From positions 24,599 through 88,598 of the forward strand of contig JASLKG010000005.1 of NCBI GenBank assembly GCA_030747695.1: DNA of 64,000 nucleotides, read 5' to 3'. Every line of letters starts with the position of its first letter. Position 1 is the first letter of the stretch. Both the position numbers and the translations under genes were made by a program. Below the pieces are notes generated by a model. It worked only from the letters and a program-made list of their open reading frames with translations, had not been told where the DNA came from and did not search any database. Below are positions 59,227 through 64,000 of this stretch, in pieces. This DNA comes from Candidatus Poseidoniaceae archaeon. Lineage in GTDB: Archaea; Thermoplasmatota; Poseidoniia; Poseidoniales; Poseidoniaceae.

Positions 59227-61524
59227 TCAATTATTTTCAAATTCATAGATAATATCTCGAATCATTGCAGCCCTCTCAAAGTCTAATTCGATTGCAGCTT
59301 GAGCCATTATTTCTTTTAATTCTTCAATTGAATAATTTAATTTTTCAATTGGTTGTGAAATATTGCTTGTAACATCGTTATGTGAAGACCATTGTCCTGC
59401 CCCAATTCCTAGGCTCGAGACCCAATCTCTTGTTTTCCTACCACCTTTCGAGCTAACTAGACGTTTGCCACCAGAAGTTCCTGTGATAAGGTCTTCAACA
59501 TCACTTCCCATTACTGGTAATGCTTTGCTTATTGTCATAGGAGTAATCTTATTTGCATCATTGTGTGCTTTTTGTCTTTTGCGCCTTTCTAATGTTTGCT
59601 GGATTGCAGCACCCATTTGGGGACTCATTCCATCGGCATAAAGTATTACAGTTCCATCAGAATTTCTTGCAGCTCTTCCAATAGTTTGTAGTAAACTCCT
59701 TTCGTTTCGTAGAAATCCTTGTCTGTCAGCATCGAATATCGCAACAAGGCTAACTTCTGGAATATCTAATCCTTCACGCAACAAATTTATTCCAACAATT
59801 ACATCGATATGCCCAATTCTTAGGGCATTAATAATTTCAGTACGTTCAATTGTATCAATTTCGGAATGTAGATAGTGTGCTTTCACGCCCATTTTATTCA
59901 AATATTCAGCAACTTCTTCTGCAAATTTGATTGTAAGTACTGTTACAAGTGTCCTTTCATTTTTTACAATTCGTTCGTTAATTTTCGATAGTAAATCGGT
60001 CATCTGTCCATCAGTACCTTTGACTTCAATATTAGGATCTAGTAATCCTGTAGGGCGAATTTCCATTCGAGGAATACCCTCTATTGATTGTAACATTTCA
60101 TACATAGTTTCAGCTTCTAAATGTTTTTTGCTGAATTCTGGAACATTCACTCCCCCTCCGCCAGGGAAATGCCTGAGCCCGAGTGGAGCCTCTTGGTTTG
60201 TAGTTTCACATAGGTGCAAAAGTTCCCTCTCACCAGGAGTGGCTGAAACATAAACCATCTGAGGAACTAATTTTTGAAATTCATTTATTTTTAGTGGACG
60301 ATTATCTGCCGCAGATGGTAACCGGAATCCATGTTCTATCAAATTTAATTTTCTCGACCTATCTCCTGAATACATCCCCCCAACTTGTGGTAAAGTGACG
60401 TGTGATTCATCCATAATTACTAGGAATTTTTTAGGATCACCGTGAAATTGCTTTGCAGCTGCTGCAAAAAAATCTAGCAGACAATATGGGCGCTCACCAT
60501 ATTCTCTTCCATCAAAATGCATTGAATAATTTTCAACAGCAGTACAATGGCCAATTTCTCTTAACATTTCCAGATCATAGCGAGTACGTTGTTCAAGTCT
60601 GTGGGCTTCTAATTCCTTCCCTTCACTTTTCAGGGATGCTAATTGACCATCAAGTTCAGTTTCAATGCTTTCAAGAGAAGCCTCAAACCTTTCATTTGAA
60701 ACCATAAAAAATTCTTTTGGGTGTATCCATGCTTCTTCTAATTCATCCAATATCTCCCATGTAACAGGGTCGCAAATTTGAATATGTTCTACCCCTCCAA
60801 ATCCAAACCTAATCCGAAGCGGATCGTCTCTACTTGGCATCCAAACATCAAGATTCTCTCCTCTAATTCTTACATTGCCTCTACTTAGATTGCTAGTTGT
60901 GCGATGGTATTGCAATCCCACTAATTCACGAATCAAATCAATTGGTTCAATTTCTTGACCGACATGTATTCGGCAGTGATTTGAAAGAAATGTTTCAGGT
61001 GCATTTAGTCCATAGATGCAGGATACAGAAGATACCACTATGCAATCAGGTCTGCTAACCAAACTAGCGACAGTAGCAAACCTTTCTTGTTCTATTCTTT
61101 CATTTATTGAAAGTTCTTTATCAATGTATAAATCACGCTTTGGTAGATATGCTTCTGGCTGATAATAATCATAATGAGAAACAAAATATTCAACGCCATT
61201 ATCAGGAAACAAATTTGACATTTCTTGGTATAATTGTCTTGCTAATGTTTTGTTATGGCTCATTATGAGAGTTGGCATATTAAGCCGTTCAATCAAGTGA
61301 GCCATTGCGAATGTTTTACCAGATCCAGTAACTCCTAATAGCACGCATCTTTCTTGTTTATTTTTCAATTGAAAAATTAAATCTTCAATTGCATTTTCTT
61401 GATCTCCAGCAGGCAAGTGTTCAGAATGTATTTTAAAACGTGAATTTTCTGGAGAAAGCTTCTCGATAGCAGCTCCTTCCAGCGCTTTGGTAATATCAAA
61501 TGGATCACTCATTATATCCCTCAT
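59227..61524 (-). CDS. uvrB: Excinuclease ABC subunit B (UvrB) with a C-proximal insertion
   Basis: Helicase motif I LLGVTGSGKTF, DESH box (IMDESHVT), beta-hairpin region, C-terminal UVR domain (ELKEIMAQAAIELDFERAAMIRDIIYEFE); 765 aa. Confidence 0.9.
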   Translation of the reverse strand: MRDIMSDPFDITKALEGAAIEKLSPENSRFKIHSEHLPAGDQENAIEDLIFQLKNKQERCVLLGVTGSGKTFAMAHLIERLNMPTLIMSHNKTLARQLYQEMSNLFPDNGVEYFVSHYDYYQPEAYLPKRDLYIDKELSINERIEQERFATVASLVSRPDCIVVSSVSCIYGLNAPETFLSNHCRIHVGQEIEPIDLIRELVGLQYHRTTSNLSRGNVRIRGENLDVWMPSRDDPLRIRFGFGGVEHIQICDPVTWEILDELEEAWIHPKEFFMVSNERFEASLESIETELDGQLASLKSEGKELEAHRLEQRTRYDLEMLREIGHCTAVENYSMHFDGREYGERPYCLLDFFAAAAKQFHGDPKKFLVIMDESHVTLPQVGGMYSGDRSRKLNLIEHGFRLPSAADNRPLKINEFQKLVPQMVYVSATPGERELLHLCETTNQEAPLGLRHFPGGGGVNVPEFSKKHLEAETMYEMLQSIEGIPRMEIRPTGLLDPNIEVKGTDGQMTDLLSKINERIVKNERTLVTVLTIKFAEEVAEYLNKMGVKAHYLHSEIDTIERTEIINALRIGHIDVIVGINLLREGLDIPEVSLVAIFDADRQGFLRNERSLLQTIGRAARNSDGTVILYADGMSPQMGAAIQQTLERRKRQKAHNDANKITPMTISKALPVMGSDVEDLITGTSGGKRLVSSKGGRKTRDWVSSLGIGAGQWSSHNDVTSNISQPIEKLNYSIEELKEIMAQAAIELDFERAAMIRDIIYEFENN

Positions 61525-62246
61525 GGAAGGTATAGGCCGCCATTTACATGAATTACAGCACCAGTAATGTATGATGAATCATTACTAGCTAAGAATGCAA
61601 CAGTTCCAGCGATATCTTCAGGGGTGCCAATTCTTTTTAGAGGAACCTCTTGTTCTCTACTAGTTCTTTTTTCAGCACTATCTCCTGCTAAGATATCAGT
61701 GGCAACAAATCCAGGAGCTATGACATTTACTCGCTGCCCCTTTGGAGCAACAGATTGTGCAAGGGAGCGTGCCCATGTTGCGAGAGCGGCTTTAGACGCC
61801 GAATAATCAGCTCCATGTGGTGACCCGCGTGTCCCTAATTGACTCCCAATCACACAAATTCTAGCATCATCTTCTAGGTGTTTTTGTACTGCTTTCCATA
61901 CTAGAAAGGCTCCTTCAAAATTAGTTGCCATAGTCCTTCTAAGGTGATCAATTTCTAGATTTTCAGCTAGTACACGATCATAGCGTCCATGATTCAGAAC
62001 GAGGACATCGATTCCATTTGCAATCCATGGGTGGGTTGCTAACAAAGCTACTTCTCTAATATCAGTAACATCACAATTTACAGCAACAGCATCAATATTT
62101 GTATTTCTGATGTCATCTACTACCATTTCTGCTTGTTTGCCAGAATTGCAGTATGTTAGAATTATCCGGTAACCTTCAGAAGCAAGCCTACGACTTACTG
62201 CGGCACCAATCCCTCTTCCCCCGCCAGTAATCAGAGCAGTGCGCAT
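61521..62246 (-). CDS. Short-chain dehydrogenase/reductase (SDR, FabG-like)
   Basis: TGGGRGIGAAV cofactor motif, YSASKAA catalytic motif. Confidence 0.85.
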   Translation of the reverse strand: MRTALITGGGRGIGAAVSRRLASEGYRIILTYCNSGKQAEMVVDDIRNTNIDAVAVNCDVTDIREVALLATHPWIANGIDVLVLNHGRYDRVLAENLEIDHLRRTMATNFEGAFLVWKAVQKHLEDDARICVIGSQLGTRGSPHGADYSASKAALATWARSLAQSVAPKGQRVNVIAPGFVATDILAGDSAEKRTSREQEVPLKRIGTPEDIAGTVAFLASNDSSYITGAVIHVNGGLYLP

Positions 62247-62276
62247 GTTGTGCGTATGGGGGTTACCATGATGAAC

Positions 62277-62654
62277 TCACTGGAGAAATTGAGCAAGTTG
62301 AGGAGGAGTCCACCCTTCTGGTTTGAGCACTTTCCCATCATCTCTTCTGAGTACTTTCCCATCAACTAGTTTGGCCATATTTGAACGATGAACTTCATCA
62401 AAAGCAGCATCATAAATTTCTTGCATTCCATGATTAATAATGGTACCAGCTAGTATGTAGCCAATATCTGCTAGTGCATCTAAAACCTCAACAAGATCTC
62501 CTGACCTTGCAGCTTCAGCATATTCTTGAACTTCTTCGGTAAGTAATTTTATTCGTAACTCAATCATTTCATTTGGACCTAATCCTGGAGTATCCAATTT
62601 TGGAATTTCAAAAGCTTCGTTAAACTCGAGTAAACTTCTAACTATGGGGTTCAT
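62277..62654 (-). CDS. All-alpha NTP-pyrophosphohydrolase (MazG/HisE-like) family protein
   Basis: 125 aa; E-x-x-E metal-binding helices (LLTEEVQEYAEA...EVLDALADIGY). Confidence 0.4.
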   Translation of the reverse strand: MNPIVRSLLEFNEAFEIPKLDTPGLGPNEMIELRIKLLTEEVQEYAEAARSGDLVEVLDALADIGYILAGTIINHGMQEIYDAAFDEVHRSNMAKLVDGKVLRRDDGKVLKPEGWTPPQLAQFLQ

Positions 62655-62725
62655 ATTCTAGGGTGAATCGTTAAGGCACATCAACATTCCATAAGCATGA
62701 AATCACTTTTTCTTTGACAAGTAGT

Positions 62726-63646
62726 TTAATCCTCCAACATCATGCTGGTAGGTTCAAACGCAAAGCCGAGTATTAGCGATACAAAAAGAATCCATCCTGT
62801 AGACATCGAAATACGGAATAAAGCCGTTTGAAAGTTTCCAAATTTATCTCGTGCAAGAATTACCCAGATATTCAATAGGGCCATAATTCCCGATGCAGCA
62901 AGAAACCAAATTCCATCTATGGGATTTGAAATGGCAAAGCAAGCAAACCAAACTAAAGTTAGTTGAACTGAAGTCCGCGTGGTGGTCGTCTCATCAAATC
63001 TGGCTGGAAATGAATGGATTCCATTTTTTCTATCGCTTTCAATATCCATTCTAGCATAATTTATGTCAAATACTGTAATCCATAAAGCAACTCCAAGTGA
63101 TATAAAGAAAATTGTTGGGTACCACATGATGTCGGTATAAGCATCAAATAATCCAGTAATTGCAACCCATCCGTGAACATCTCCCGCAATGGCCAACCAT
63201 GCTCCTGCGGGGGCAAGTCCTAAACAGAGTCCAAGCCACAAATGACAAAGCCAAGTGTAACGCTTTGTGTAAGGGTAAATTATGAACACTACGACAGGTA
63301 ACCATGCCATCATAAGTACCACGTGATTGAGTAAGCCAGCCCCAAGCAATAACATCACGAGGAATCCAGCAGATAGGAGCCATGCTGTTTGAAGACTCAT
63401 TTCTCCCGATGGAAGATGACGCCCCTGTGTTCGTGGGTTGGTTGCATCTATTTCCCGGTCAATGATTCGATTCAATGCCATAGCTAAGCCGCGAGCTCCA
63501 ACTGCAGCTAGAAGAATCCAAAGCAGGTCAAGGCCAGGAGAGATGTTGAAATCCTTAAGCGCGATGAAATAGCCTATGAGAACAAACGGGAGAGAAAATA
63601 ATGTGTGTTCAATTTTTACAAATGTTGCTATTTGTTTGAAATTCAT
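62726..63646 (-). CDS. UbiA-family aromatic/isoprenoid prenyltransferase
   Basis: Polytopic; Asp-rich motif NRIIDREIDATNPRT (N-x3-D-x3-D) and second D-rich region. Confidence 0.8.
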   Translation of the reverse strand: MNFKQIATFVKIEHTLFSLPFVLIGYFIALKDFNISPGLDLLWILLAAVGARGLAMALNRIIDREIDATNPRTQGRHLPSGEMSLQTAWLLSAGFLVMLLLGAGLLNHVVLMMAWLPVVVFIIYPYTKRYTWLCHLWLGLCLGLAPAGAWLAIAGDVHGWVAITGLFDAYTDIMWYPTIFFISLGVALWITVFDINYARMDIESDRKNGIHSFPARFDETTTTRTSVQLTLVWFACFAISNPIDGIWFLAASGIMALLNIWVILARDKFGNFQTALFRISMSTGWILFVSLILGFAFEPTSMMLED

Positions 63647-64000
63647 CTACATCACCAAATTATTTGGCCAAGGGGGTAAATTGAATCTTTCAATCGCTTC
63701 AAGTGTTGAAGGATCATGCATAGTTATCGCCGGCCATCTTCGGACTGGATTAGGCCCTTCATGACAAGGAATTGGTATTGTAGCATCCCAACAGATCCGA
63801 CCATCTTCGATAAATAAGTCGCGTTCAACAGCGAAACGTGATGTTAGTTGCCATAATAATCTACGTTTAGCACCTTTTCCATGTAGGTCAAGATCAGAAT
63901 CAGTAATAAATAACCATCGTAATTCCTTTTGAGAATCTAATTGCCAAATTGAATTTCGCAATTGCAATATTTGCTCTCTTTGTTTAGCAGCAGATTTTTC
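63647..64000 (-). CDS. C-terminal part of a UbiD-family (prFMN-dependent) decarboxylase-like protein; ORF continues beyond the window end
   Basis: Frame is open through position 64000. ...EDGRICWDATIPIP... resembles the UbiD C-terminal region. Adjacent UbiA-family gene supports the pairing. Confidence 0.45.
   Translation of the reverse strand, partial: EKSAAKQREQILQLRNSIWQLDSQKELRWLFITDSDLDLHGKGAKRRLLWQLTSRFAVERDLFIEDGRICWDATIPIPCHEGPNPVRRWPAITMHDPSTLEAIERFNLPPWPNNLVM

Overview
This looks like a chromosomal segment from a low-GC, aerobic archaeon. The archaeal call rests on a recognisable information-processing gene set: ribosomal proteins S8e, L7Ae, S28e, L24e and S10, aEF-1alpha, aIF5B, SRP19, Sec61beta, family-B DNA polymerase, a XerA-type recombinase and deoxyhypusine synthase. 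The aerobic lifestyle is inferred from a coxII-coxI haem-copper oxidase operon at the 5' edge. UvrB, a PGF-CTERM protein, several very large N-glycosylation-rich surface proteins and the low GC fit a marine Thermoplasmatota (Marine Group II-like) genome, but that is an inference only. Gene density is high and both strands are used. Shine-Dalgarno GGAGG(TG) sites are visible in front of several genes. Two tRNAs are present: tRNA-Leu(CAA) on the plus strand and tRNA-Ile(GAU) on the minus strand. No CRISPR array, IS element or rRNA was seen. Most of the sequence is housekeeping. The accessory content is a series of envelope and secreted proteins of 4.5-5.6, 12.9-17.0, 19.1-20.1, 25.4-26.6, 29.5-35.4, 36.3-37.1, 45.0-47.4 and 56.6-58.1 kb. 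The candidates for undescribed biology are: (1) a three-gene operon pairing a collagen-like-repeat membrane protein with a SAP-domain transmembrane protein; (2) a ParA/SegA-like ATPase with two small downstream genes and an upstream palindrome; (3) an 838-aa E/R-rich coiled-coil protein next to a lipid-headgroup transferase and a triple zinc-ribbon protein; (4) CoxI carrying an N-terminal secreted-domain fusion; (5) an HhH protein with a histone-H1-like tail; (6) a GC-rich hairpin element upstream of xerA; (7) a repeat-laden AT-rich intergenic control region at 55.2-55.45 kb.
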